Source: Actinomycetota bacterium (lineage in GTDB: Bacteria > Actinomycetota > Thermoleophilia > Gaiellales > F1-60-MAGs149). From it: a stretch of 39,148 nt of DNA. This document shows positions 1-8,741 of the stretch, in pieces (position 1 is the first letter of the stretch; each line of letters opens with the position of its first letter). The position numbers and the translations under genes were made by a program. The notes beneath the pieces were generated by a model. The model searched no databases, was not told the origin of the DNA, and was given only the letters and a program-made list of their open reading frames with translations. The stretch is taken from positions 1-39,148 of the forward strand of contig CANKHS010000001.1 in assembly GCA_947481755.1 (NCBI GenBank), read 5' to 3'.

Positions 1-315
1 GAGCCGGTCGGCCTCGTCGACAATGCCGACCCGACGCACAGCCTCTTGCGGCCGATAGCGCAGAGCGCCCGACAACTCATGGATCTGGTCGACCAGCAGC
101 GACTCGCCCTCCGGCTCGATCATGGCCAGGTCGGGATGGCTGCCCGGTACGACTCGTCGGACATCACAGCCGAGTAGCAATGCAGCGAAGGCGCGAGAGG
201 CATCGTGCTTGCCGGTGCCAGGCGGCCCGTGCAAGAGATAGGCGTGCGCGGGCTCGGCGACCGCCGAACGCAAGAGCACCTCGGCGCGAGGCTGCCCGGG
301 GAGCGAGATCGTCAT
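1..315 (-). CDS. holB: DNA polymerase III delta' subunit, N-terminal part (runs off the window)
   Basis: Manual translation from ATG at 315: MTISLPGQPRAEVLLRSAVAEPAHAYLLHGPPGTGK...SHPDL...VGIVDEADRL. Shows the HAYL+Walker A, HPD and DEAD-like clamp-loader motifs. Overlaps the tmk stop (ATGA), the classic tmk-holB order. Not in the ORF track. Confidence 0.9.
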   Translation of the reverse strand, partial: MTISLPGQPRAEVLLRSAVAEPAHAYLLHGPPGTGKHDASRAFAALLLGCDVRRVVPGSHPDLAMIEPEGESLLVDQIHELSGALRYRPQEAVRRVGIVDEADRL

Positions 316-899
316 GGTCGCACCCCCTCGAGTGCGCTCCAGATCCGCTCGGCAACCTCGGCCTCGGACCCGACCGCATCGACGAGGCGGATACGCGCCG
401 GATCGAGTTCGCCGAGTTGGAGAAAGCCCTGCTCGACGCGCGCGTGGAACTCCTCGCCCGCCGACTCCATCCGGTCGGGCACGGCGTCGCGACGAGCCAC
501 ACCGTGCAGCACGATCGTGCGGGCGGGCAACAGACCCGCCGTGGCGAACAGCGACGCGTCGCGAATAGCCTCGACACCAAGCCCGCGACCAATGCCCTGA
601 TAGACAAGCGAGCTGTCGATGAAGCGATCGCAGACGACCCACGCCCCGCGGGCGAGGGCGGGAGCGATTACCTGCTCCACGATCTCAGCACGCGCAGCGG
701 CAAACAACAGCGCCTCAGCTCGGTCGCTCATCTCTACCTGTGGATCGAGCAAAAGTGCGCGAACACGTTCGCCGAGCTCGGTCCCGCCAGGCTCACGACA
801 CTGCACAACCTCAAGCCCTAACCCGCGCAAACGGTCAGCCAGAAGCGCCACCTGGGTGGACTTGCCGACCCCGTCGGGCCCTTCGAGGCTCACGAACAT
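312..899 (-). CDS. tmk: Thymidylate (dTMP) kinase
   Basis: MFVSLEGPDGVGKSTQ P-loop, REPGGT, LLFAAARA, CDRFIDSSLVYQG motifs. Start moved to ATG 899, 6 nt after a TACCCT -10 box. Confidence 0.96.
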   Translation of the reverse strand: MFVSLEGPDGVGKSTQVALLADRLRGLGLEVVQCREPGGTELGERVRALLLDPQVEMSDRAEALLFAAARAEIVEQVIAPALARGAWVVCDRFIDSSLVYQGIGRGLGVEAIRDASLFATAGLLPARTIVLHGVARRDAVPDRMESAGEEFHARVEQGFLQLGELDPARIRLVDAVGSEAEVAERIWSALEGVRP

Positions 900-976
900 G
901 TAACAAGGGTACTGCGACGTCCAAATCGGGGCGTCTCTTGGCAGGAACGCCCACACCCGTGCCGAACCGGTGGTCA

Positions 977-1504
977 ATGGCTGCAGTCGATCATCACTTC
1001 CTTCTTGATACTGGCACGTGGGTTGCCGTCCGACGACGGCGCTTTCTTGAGCGCTTTGCTGTCTGGGGTGTCCTCGCCGGCGTCGCCCTACTCGCCGTCG
1101 GTGCCTTATGGGGCGGCGCGGCACTGGTCGGGTCGCTGACGGGTGCGAAGGGTGGTCCGGCCGAAGCCGCCGTCGAGGTCGTCGTACCTGCACCACCCAT
1201 CACAAAAACGCCTGTGCTTGTCTGGAATGGTCTCGGTGCCGATGGTGTCGCCGCTGAGGCTGCGCGCCAACTGATGATGAAGAAGTACCCCATCGCAGCG
1301 GTCAGTGACGCCCCCGACCACAGCTACATGAAGACCTACGTGATGTACAAAGCCGCCGATCCGGCCGGTAAATCGGCGGCCGGTGCACTGATCAAGAGCC
1401 TCCATCTGCAAGGCGCCGTGGCGCAGCCGCTCGATGGCGTGCGCAAAGATCAGCTCGCTGGTGCGCGGCTGCTGTTGATCGTTGCTGACCCCCTCAGCCA
1501 CTAG
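977..1504 (+). CDS. Membrane-anchored LytR C-terminal (LytR_C) domain protein
   Basis: One TM segment, then VLVWNGLGADGVAAEAARQL...TYVMY...LLLIV, matching the LytR_C pattern. Start is approximate. Confidence 0.75.
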   Translation: MAAVDHHFLLDTGTWVAVRRRRFLERFAVWGVLAGVALLAVGALWGGAALVGSLTGAKGGPAEAAVEVVVPAPPITKTPVLVWNGLGADGVAAEAARQLMMKKYPIAAVSDAPDHSYMKTYVMYKAADPAGKSAAGALIKSLHLQGAVAQPLDGVRKDQLAGARLLLIVADPLSH

Positions 1505-1568
1505 CCCGGCGACTCGATCAGGGCCCCAGCCGGCGACCGCGGCCAAAAAGCCGCCTACTATCGGACTC

Positions 1569-3491
1569 GTGCAACCGCTCCCTCGCTTTAGTTCGACCGC
1601 CGCTGTGCTGCTCGGCATCCCCGGCGTTGTCCTCGCGGTCTGGGGCATCCTCTTTGCCGCGGGTGGCATTGCGCCAGGGGCCGCCAGCCTGATCGCCGCT
1701 GGCACCACCATTCCCGCTGGCATCGTGCTGGGGCTGATTGCCGTCGGGTGGTGGCCGTTCGTGCTGCCGAGCCGCCCCACGCTCGTTGCTGCCGCTGGCC
1801 TGACGGTTTTCGCACTCGTAGCCGCGCTGTCCAGTCTCTGGTCGCTATCGGCAAACGATTCTGTCGGTACCGGCATCCTCTCGGCCGGATATCTCGGGGC
1901 GCTCGCCCTTGGCGTTCTGTTGGGGCCAGCGCTGCGTCGGCCAGGCGTGGTCTTTGCGACTGGTCTGACAGCGCTCGCCACGCTTGCCAGTGGCTGGGCT
2001 CTCGTCGCGCGCTCCTTCCCGGCTACCACGGGCGTGCAATTGAGCCCGCGTCTTTCGGGCACGCTAACTCTCCCGAATGCGCTCGCCATCCTCGCTCTGA
2101 CCGGTCTCTTCGGTGGCCTTGCGCTGTGTGCACACCGAGACCGTCGCTACCGCGCAGTCGGCGGTGCGATTGCGTCGATCAACATGCTCGCGCTGGTGCT
2201 GACCTCGTCGCGCTCCGGACTTGGTCTGGCTCTGGTCGGGATTATTGCGCTGCAACTCGTGCTGCCCGCGGCACCCCGGATGCGACTGGTTGGACTCCTC
2301 GCGGTCATTCCAGCTGTGGTTTTTGGTTTTAAGATTGCCCTCTGGACCGCCTTCACCGCACCAGAGCAGAGCGTCTTGCCCGCTGGCTGGGGGCTCATCT
2401 ACGCGCTGGTCGGCTCGGCGGTCCTCGGTGCGCTCATCGCTGCAGTTGCCGTCCGTGTGCTGCCCGGTGCCCAACCCGCTGGTGATCGTGGCCATGCGTC
2501 GCGTCGAACGCTGCTGATTGCACTGGGCGGCGTGATCATCTTGGTGATTGGGTTTGTCGTGCGCGCGGGTGGTCCAAGTGGCGCTGTCAGCGCGATTCGG
2601 GCTGGGTTCACTGGCCCGGTTGGACAGGCAGGCGTTCGCGTTGGCATTGGCTCGAATCTCCGCGATCACTGGTGGGCGACGGCGTGGGATGGCTTTCGTG
2701 CTGAGCCGTGGCACGGCTGGGGTGCTGGCACCTTTCGCCTGCTCGAGCAAATTACGCAGAACCCAACGTACGTGACCGATTCGGCGCACAACACGCTGCT
2801 GGAGGCACTCGCTGGAACGGGACTCGCTGGCGGCGTGCCCTTTATCGTCGGTGGTATTGCACTCGTCGTGATGGCGGTTGCCGCTGTCCGCCACCCCCGC
2901 GTTGGTGACGAGGTTGGTGCGACTGTGGTTGCGATCGGAGCGATCGCATTTCTAGCCCAGGGCCTCGTTGACGTTGACTGGAGTCTGCTCGCACAGGGAG
3001 TTCTGGTCTACGCGGCGATCGGTGCGATCGCTCCCGCACCCCACCAACAGTCGCGCATCACGGCACCCACTCGCGCGATTGCGGGTGTCGTCTGTGTCGG
3101 GCTCGTTTTCGCCGGACTCCTCGGGGTGCCAACGTGGCTGAGCGCGCGTGACACCGTCCGCAGTGAGGCGATCCTGATGGACAATCCGCAGGCAGCCTAT
3201 GAGGCAGCAGCGAGCGCCCACCGCTACAACCCCCTCGCCGTTGATGCCCTGATCGCCGAGGCTGATGCGTTGCAAGAACTCGGCGACGCGCAGGGAGCGC
3301 AGGCCGCGTTGCGTCAGGCGATTGCGCTCGAACCAAAGAACTACGAACCGTGGCTCGCCTACGGCACCTACCTCGCGTACGCGTGGGACCAACTCGAGCA
3401 GGGCCGTGCTGCGCTCCAACAGGCGCTCAAGCTGTCCGGCAACGACGGCTCCGTCTATGTAGTCGTCGACACATTGCCGCCCGCAAAATGA
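1569..3491 (+). CDS. O-antigen ligase (WaaL/Wzy_C) family polytopic membrane protein with C-terminal TPR region
   Basis: Many TM segments. Motifs RLSGTLTLPNALA, LTSSRSG, R..WW..AW...PWHGWGAGTF and SAHNTLLE. C-terminal ALRQAIALEPKNYEPW TPR-like repeats. GTG start 7 nt after TACTAT. Confidence 0.85.
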   Translation: MQPLPRFSSTAAVLLGIPGVVLAVWGILFAAGGIAPGAASLIAAGTTIPAGIVLGLIAVGWWPFVLPSRPTLVAAAGLTVFALVAALSSLWSLSANDSVGTGILSAGYLGALALGVLLGPALRRPGVVFATGLTALATLASGWALVARSFPATTGVQLSPRLSGTLTLPNALAILALTGLFGGLALCAHRDRRYRAVGGAIASINMLALVLTSSRSGLGLALVGIIALQLVLPAAPRMRLVGLLAVIPAVVFGFKIALWTAFTAPEQSVLPAGWGLIYALVGSAVLGALIAAVAVRVLPGAQPAGDRGHASRRTLLIALGGVIILVIGFVVRAGGPSGAVSAIRAGFTGPVGQAGVRVGIGSNLRDHWWATAWDGFRAEPWHGWGAGTFRLLEQITQNPTYVTDSAHNTLLEALAGTGLAGGVPFIVGGIALVVMAVAAVRHPRVGDEVGATVVAIGAIAFLAQGLVDVDWSLLAQGVLVYAAIGAIAPAPHQQSRITAPTRAIAGVVCVGLVFAGLLGVPTWLSARDTVRSEAILMDNPQAAYEAAASAHRYNPLAVDALIAEADALQELGDAQGAQAALRQAIALEPKNYEPWLAYGTYLAYAWDQLEQGRAALQQALKLSGNDGSVYVVVDTLPPAK

Positions 3492-4096
3492 GTGTCGCAC
3501 CCATCAGCCACGAACGCCCATTAGAGTTGGTGGTCGTGTCCTCCCGGCATACCTCCATCCGTCTGCTCGTCCTGACCGCACTGATGTTCGGTACGTTCCT
3601 GCTCGCCGTGCCTTCGGCAGGTGCGGCAAATTGCGGTAAGAGCCTGATCAACGAGTACTTCTTTACGGGTCGGCTCAAGTACCACACAGAGGAGTGCTAT
3701 GCCTCCGCGCTCAAGCAGATCGACCCTGATGCGCGAATGTATTCCGGGATCATGGGTGCGATCCGCGCCGCCCGCGCGCGTGACAAAGCAGCGGATGCAA
3801 AGGCTGCTGCCCCCGTGATCGAGCCGGATACCACGGATACGACAGCGCCCCCCGTTGACACGCTGCCGATTCCCGATGCCGTGCCGCCGACGTTGACGAC
3901 GGACACGGGCACCGTCACCGCCGAATCGCGCGCAGGAACTGTTGTGCCCATCCAGACGACACAGGCAGCACTCCCGACGGTGACGACTCCCAGTCAGGTA
4001 CCACTGGCAGTGATTCTGCTCGCCGGTCTTGCCGTCGTGTTGACGCTGGTCGGGCTCGGTGGCCTGACCGTGCGCTGGCTCGACCGTAGCGCCTGA
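3488..4096 (+). CDS. Hypothetical exported protein: signal peptide, two-Cys helical domain, Thr/Pro-rich stalk, C-terminal TM anchor
   Basis: Signal-like LLVLTALMFGTFLLAVPSAGA, then NCGK...EECY, a T/P/D-rich linker and a hydrophobic C-terminus. ATG overlaps the upstream stop; GTG near 3536 is an alternative start. Confidence 0.7.
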   Translation: MSVAPISHERPLELVVVSSRHTSIRLLVLTALMFGTFLLAVPSAGAANCGKSLINEYFFTGRLKYHTEECYASALKQIDPDARMYSGIMGAIRAARARDKAADAKAAAPVIEPDTTDTTAPPVDTLPIPDAVPPTLTTDTGTVTAESRAGTVVPIQTTQAALPTVTTPSQVPLAVILLAGLAVVLTLVGLGGLTVRWLDRSA

Positions 4097-4098
4097 GC

Positions 4099-4143
4099 GA
4101 CGCCTCCAGGGATAGCCCCCTTTCGGATCGACTCCTGGGCGTC
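4099..4143 (+). terminator. Imperfect intergenic stem-loop, possible terminator
   Basis: GACGC(CT)CCAGG ... CCTGGGCGTC inverted repeat right after the stop at 4096. No U-tract. Confidence 0.35.
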
Positions 4144-4178
4144 TACTGTCCATAGCTCCCACGACAGAGGATTTCACA

Positions 4179-4499
4179 ATGCTGATTTCGACGATGAATG
4201 ATCTACCCGGCTACCGGATCGATGAGGTAATCGGCGAGGTGTTCGGACTTACGGTTCGTTCGCGCGGTATGAAGGGGCAGGTCGGGGCCAGCCTTAAATC
4301 TGTCTTCGGCGGCGAGCTCGGCAGCCTTACCACGATGCTGCACGAAGGCCGGCAGGAAGGCATTCAGCGTCTCGTCGAAGAGGCCGAATCGAAGGGCGCC
4401 AATGCGATCATCGCGATGCGCTTCGATACCTCCGAAATGATGAACATGGGCACGGAAATCTGCGCCTACGGCACCGCCTGCAAAGTGACCAAGCTCTAA
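4179..4499 (+). CDS. YbjQ/UPF0145 family protein
   Basis: MLISTMNDLPGYRI..VIGEVFGLTVRSR...GGEL...GANAIIAMRFD...EICAYGTA. SD-like GAGGA upstream. Confidence 0.93.
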   Translation: MLISTMNDLPGYRIDEVIGEVFGLTVRSRGMKGQVGASLKSVFGGELGSLTTMLHEGRQEGIQRLVEEAESKGANAIIAMRFDTSEMMNMGTEICAYGTACKVTKL

Positions 4500-4518
4500 G
4501 CCGCGCCCGTGGCGTCGC

Positions 4519-5721
4519 TCAAGCGCGCTTGAACACGAGGGCAGCATCATGCCCACCGAATCCGAAGCCCGTTGACATCACGTAGTCGGGAGTCGCTGGG
4601 CGCGCCTCGCGAATGAGGTCGAGTTCGACGTCGGCTTCGACGAGGTTGGCGCACGGTGGCAGCTGATTGCGGGCAAAACAGGCCAGGGTCGCGATCGCCT
4701 CGATTGCGCCGGCAGCGCCAATCGTGTGTCCGTGCTGGCCCTTCGTCGAGGAGACGGGTGTCTGCCCGAGCCCGGCGCGCTGCAGTGCGCGCGCCTCGGC
4801 GGTATCGCCAACCGGCGTCGAGGTGGCGTGGGCATTGACGTAGCCAATCGCCGCTGCCGTCAGGCTCGCGTCGTCAAGGGCAGCCTGCACCGCTCGGGCA
4901 GGGCCCTCACCCGTTTCGTCGGGGCTTGTCAGGTGCCCTGCGTCGCAGGACTGGCCGTAGCCGACGACCTCGCCGTAAATGTGCGCACCGCGTGCCACTG
5001 CGTGCTCCCACTCCTCGAGTACGAGCACTCCGGCCCCCTCGGCCATCACAAACCCATCACGGGCAGCGTCGAAGGGCCGCGAGGCCGCGGCTGCACCATG
5101 CGCGAGGGACGCGATCGCGCCAAGGCGGATGTACCCCGCCAGCACAGACGGCACGATCGCAGCCTCCGCACCGCCGGCCACCATCGCATCGGCACGGCCA
5201 TCGCGAACTCGTTCGTAGGCCCAGCCGATTGCGTCGGAGCCGGCCGCGCACGCCGTCGCAGGCGCTGCCGATGGGCCCTTGAGGTTATGCAGCCGCGCCG
5301 TTCCTGCCACCGGCGAATTGACGAGGCCGAGCGGAATCGCAAACGGGCTGACACGATCGAGTCCGCGTTCGAGCAGTGTTCGCTGCGTCTCTTCAACCGT
5401 GCCGGCACCGCCGTGGGCGCAACCGATCGCCGTCCCGATGCGTTCTGGTGCGACGCCGTGCTGCCCGGCGTCGGCCAGCGCATGCGCCGCGGCAACCGCT
5501 GCAAAGATCCCGACTCGATCCATTCGGCGAGCCTCGCGCTTGCCAATCACGGTGTCCACATCGAAGTCTGCAACCCGCACGCCCGGCAGAACCGGCAGGC
5601 CCTCAAGGGCCACTTCTGAGCCGCCAGTCTGGCCCGCCAAGATCGCGTCCCAGAACGCGTCGACAGTGTTGCCAAACGTCGAGACGATGCCCAAACCGGT
5701 GATTGCCACGCGTCGCTGCAT
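4519..5721 (-). CDS. fabF: Beta-ketoacyl-ACP synthase II (FabF family)
   Basis: RRVAITGLG, catalytic TACAAG, NAHATST, GHTIGAAG and GFGFGG motifs. Confidence 0.92.
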   Translation of the reverse strand: MQRRVAITGLGIVSTFGNTVDAFWDAILAGQTGGSEVALEGLPVLPGVRVADFDVDTVIGKREARRMDRVGIFAAVAAAHALADAGQHGVAPERIGTAIGCAHGGAGTVEETQRTLLERGLDRVSPFAIPLGLVNSPVAGTARLHNLKGPSAAPATACAAGSDAIGWAYERVRDGRADAMVAGGAEAAIVPSVLAGYIRLGAIASLAHGAAAASRPFDAARDGFVMAEGAGVLVLEEWEHAVARGAHIYGEVVGYGQSCDAGHLTSPDETGEGPARAVQAALDDASLTAAAIGYVNAHATSTPVGDTAEARALQRAGLGQTPVSSTKGQHGHTIGAAGAIEAIATLACFARNQLPPCANLVEADVELDLIREARPATPDYVMSTGFGFGGHDAALVFKRA

Positions 5722-5768
5722 AGAGGCAGTGTGCCGGACGCCATCAACAGACGTGCCTGCGCCGCGTT

Positions 5769-5785
5769 TCTCAGCGAATTTTCAT
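5769..5785 (+). promoter_or_regulatory. Candidate OmpR/MprA-type direct-repeat operator TCTCAG-N5-TTTCAT
   Basis: Two hexamers in 11-bp phase, 40 nt upstream of the operon encoding an MprA-like regulator. Resembles the mycobacterial MprA box. Confidence 0.5.
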
Positions 5786-5825
5786 CTCCGTGCGGAAGGC
5801 TGTAATTGCACAAAGGAGCCCAAAT

Positions 5826-6617
5826 ATGCGTTACAGCAAGAAGACCATGATCATCGGTACTGTCGCCGCGAGCGTTGGCCTGGCCGCGATTGCCGGCCCC
5901 GTACTCGCCGCTAACATCGTCTCGCACGACGACCGGCAGGCGCAGGAACAGCAGGCGTTTGAGAAGAGCCTCGCCGAGAAGCTGGGCGTCCCGCAGGCCA
6001 AGGTCGATCAGGCGCTCAAGGAGATTCAAGGCGACCGCCTAGGCAAGCGCATCGATGAGTTGCAGCAGGCTGGCGTACTGACTGCCGCGCAGGCAACGTC
6101 GATCAAAACGCACATTGCCGACGGCAGACTGTCCGAGGCGATGAATGCCCTGATGGCAGCAATGACGACCAAGCGACTTGACGCACTGGTCGCTGCCAAG
6201 ACGATTACACCCGAGCAGTCGACGCAGATTTCCGCGCTCGTGGCTGCCGGTGTCCCCCTCCGTGTTGGCCGCCCACCGGCCGGAGTGCCTCAGGGGCAAA
6301 CTCCCCCCGACGCCGATCGCCACGCTGCCCATACGGCAGAGGAGCTCGCCGCGCTGGTCAAGGATCAAAAGATCACCCAGGAGCAGGCCGATCAGGTCAC
6401 CACCTTGATCAAGGCTGGCGCACCGATCGAGCTTGGTGGTCCAGGTCGCCACGGCGGCGACGGCCCCGGCATGGGCCATCACCCTCGTGGCATGGAGGGC
6501 GGTGGCACCTTCGGTGGGCCACCACCTGCTGATGGCGGCCTTGACGGCCCGCCGCCAGGCGACGGTAACCAGCCGCAGAGTTTCGACGGCCCGGCAGTCG
6601 GCAACGCCCCGGCCTAG
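5826..6617 (+). CDS. Secreted helical-repeat protein with Gly/Pro/His-rich tail
   Basis: SD AAAGGAG, signal peptide, LAEKLGVPQAKVDQAL, and three L..LV..G.IT.EQA..I-type repeats. Confidence 0.75.
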   Translation: MRYSKKTMIIGTVAASVGLAAIAGPVLAANIVSHDDRQAQEQQAFEKSLAEKLGVPQAKVDQALKEIQGDRLGKRIDELQQAGVLTAAQATSIKTHIADGRLSEAMNALMAAMTTKRLDALVAAKTITPEQSTQISALVAAGVPLRVGRPPAGVPQGQTPPDADRHAAHTAEELAALVKDQKITQEQADQVTTLIKAGAPIELGGPGRHGGDGPGMGHHPRGMEGGGTFGGPPPADGGLDGPPPGDGNQPQSFDGPAVGNAPA

Positions 6618-6677
6618 TCGCAGCGGGTGGCTCCGCACGGCATACTCGTGCGGAGCCATTCCACTGATTCGAGCACT

Positions 6678-7358
6678 ATGCGCATTCTGATTGTCGAAGA
6701 CAACGAGGCCGTCCGTTCGGCCATCCGCCGTGCCCTGACAGCGCGTGGGCACGAGATTATTGAGGCCAGTACAGCCGCTGAGGGTCGGATGGGAGCGACC
6801 GACGATATTGAGGCGATCGTCTTAGACGTCAATCTGCCCGATGGCTCGGGTTTTGATGTCTGCCGCACGCTTCGGGAGACCGGAGTGCAGACGCCGATCT
6901 TGATGCTGACGGCGCGCGATGCGGTTGCCGATCGTGTCGAGGGCCTCGACGCTGGTGCCGACGACTACCTCGTCAAGCCCTTTGCAACGGTCGAGCTCGA
7001 TGCTCGCCTTCGTGCAATTTGCCGGCGTTCACTCGCCGACCCGGGCCAGCCCGACGACGTCTTGGAGGTGGCGGGTACGCGTCTCGATCTTCGTTCCCAC
7101 ACGGTCACTCGTAATGGCACATTGGTTGACCTCACCCGCACCGAGCGGCTCCTCCTCGAACTGTTCCTGCGCAACCCCGACAACGTCCTGACCCGCGAGG
7201 TAATCCTCGATCGCGTGTGGGGCATGGATGCGCGCACGTCGTCGAATGGCGTAGAGGTCTACGTTGGCTATCTCCGCCGCAAGCTCGGTGACACGGGTTC
7301 GGAGCGGCTGATCGACACGGTGCGCGGCGTCGGCTACGTGCTGCGGACGACAACGTGA
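6678..7358 (+). CDS. OmpR-family response regulator (MprA-like)
   Basis: MRILIVEDN, VLDVNLPDGSG, PILMLTARDAVADRVEGLDAGADDYLVKPF, VEVYVGYLRRKL, TVRGVGY. Confidence 0.95.
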   Translation: MRILIVEDNEAVRSAIRRALTARGHEIIEASTAAEGRMGATDDIEAIVLDVNLPDGSGFDVCRTLRETGVQTPILMLTARDAVADRVEGLDAGADDYLVKPFATVELDARLRAICRRSLADPGQPDDVLEVAGTRLDLRSHTVTRNGTLVDLTRTERLLLELFLRNPDNVLTREVILDRVWGMDARTSSNGVEVYVGYLRRKLGDTGSERLIDTVRGVGYVLRTTT

Positions 7359-8689
7359 GCCTCCGTACCCGCATCGCTCTCGCCGCGGCTATTGCCGTCA
7401 TCGTCGCCTTTGGTGTTGGTGGCTTCGTCACGTACCAAGCCGCTCAGCGCTCGCTCTATGGCGAGGTCGACGCGTCGCTCCGTGCCGCAGCTCTTCGCGA
7501 AGGCCATGCTGCCCTCAACCCCGACGGCGGCAATGCTGGGCGGGGCTTTGGGGGTAATGCCAACGGTCGCTTCGGCGCCCCGGGGATCTTTACCGAGCTG
7601 ATCAACGGGAAGGGCGAAATTGTGCGCCTGCCTCGGGACGAAACACCGCTTCCTCCTTCCAAGAACGCCGCTGCCATTGCCTCGTCAGGTGGCTCCGAGT
7701 ATCAGACCTTCAGCGTCGATAACTCAATGATTCGCTCGCTGACTGTCAACCTGGAGCCAGATCTTGCGCTGCAGGTTGCTCGCTCTGTCGACGAGATCGA
7801 AACGTCGCTTGACCGCCTCCGCAGCCTGTTGCTGATCGCCGGCATTGGTGGTGTCATCTTCGCGATCATCCTCGGTGCGCTGGTTGCCGAACGGGGTCTC
7901 GTGCCTCTGCGCCGTCTCGCCAAGAATGTCGAGGGCGCGGCCCGCGATCGCGACCTCTCCCATCGCGTACCCGAGCAGGGGGGTGCCGAGTCGGTTCGTC
8001 TCGCCCATGCCGTCAATGCCTTGCTGGCTGGTCTTGAGGAGGCACGCCTCGCGCAAGACCAACTCGTGGCTGATGCCGCGCACGAGTTGCGGACGCCGTT
8101 GACCGCGCTGCGAACTGACGTCGAGACGCTGGGTGATCCCAACAGCTCCCTCACTGACGCCGATCGTCAACAGATTGCTCTCGCCCTCGACCGCGAGATC
8201 GATGAGATCTCGCAGATGATCACGAGCATCGTCGACCTCGCGCGCGGGGCCCGGCCGGTCGAGCAGTCCGAGTCGCTCCTGCTCGACGACCTTGCCGCCG
8301 ACGTCGTGGCCCGCGCGCGCTCCCGTCACCCCGAGGCCCTGATCGAACTGGACAGTGAGCCGGCACCGTTTGTTGGTGACCCGACCCGACTCGAGCGGGC
8401 ACTTGGCAACCTGGTCGAGAACGCCCTCTTGCATGGAGCGGCGCCGGTCACGGTCACTGTCCGCTCGGGGGTGATCACCGTTGACGACGCAGGTCCAGGT
8501 ATCCCCGCCGCTGAGCGCGACGCAATGTTCGAGCGCTTTCGCCGCGGCGTCGGCGTTCAGGACCGACCAGGCTCTGGCCTTGGCCTAGCGATCGTGCGTC
8601 AAGACATCGTTGCCCACGGTGGAAGCGTTGAGATTGGATCGGCACCGTCCGGAGGCTGTCGGATCACGATTCTCCTACCTTATAACTAA
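7355..8689 (+). CDS. HAMP-domain membrane sensor histidine kinase (MprB-like)
   Basis: Two TMs, HAMP domain, H-box DAAHELRTPLT, N-box NLVENA, DDAGPGI and GSGLGLAIV. Confidence 0.95.
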   Translation: MSLRTRIALAAAIAVIVAFGVGGFVTYQAAQRSLYGEVDASLRAAALREGHAALNPDGGNAGRGFGGNANGRFGAPGIFTELINGKGEIVRLPRDETPLPPSKNAAAIASSGGSEYQTFSVDNSMIRSLTVNLEPDLALQVARSVDEIETSLDRLRSLLLIAGIGGVIFAIILGALVAERGLVPLRRLAKNVEGAARDRDLSHRVPEQGGAESVRLAHAVNALLAGLEEARLAQDQLVADAAHELRTPLTALRTDVETLGDPNSSLTDADRQQIALALDREIDEISQMITSIVDLARGARPVEQSESLLLDDLAADVVARARSRHPEALIELDSEPAPFVGDPTRLERALGNLVENALLHGAAPVTVTVRSGVITVDDAGPGIPAAERDAMFERFRRGVGVQDRPGSGLGLAIVRQDIVAHGGSVEIGSAPSGGCRITILLPYN

Positions 8690-8711
8690 TCGTTATTTGC
8701 GATATAAGCAC

Positions 8712-8741
8712 GCGTAGGTTCAAAGTTGGTATCCTACGCAC
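8712..8741 (+). promoter_or_regulatory. Leaderless comA promoter (-10 TATCCT at 8730-8735) overlapped by inverted repeat GCGTAGG-N14-CCTACGC
   Basis: TANNNT box 6 nt before ATG 8742, no SD. Inverted repeat arms at 8712-8718 and 8733-8739. Confidence 0.55.

Noticed and set aside
180..210. Possible frameshift in holB
   Set aside because: Careful re-translation shows one open frame from 315 to 1.
164..821. ORF-track ORFs 164..607, 180..821 and 205..600
   Set aside because: Shadow frames of tmk/holB. Arg-rich, with no recognisable motifs.
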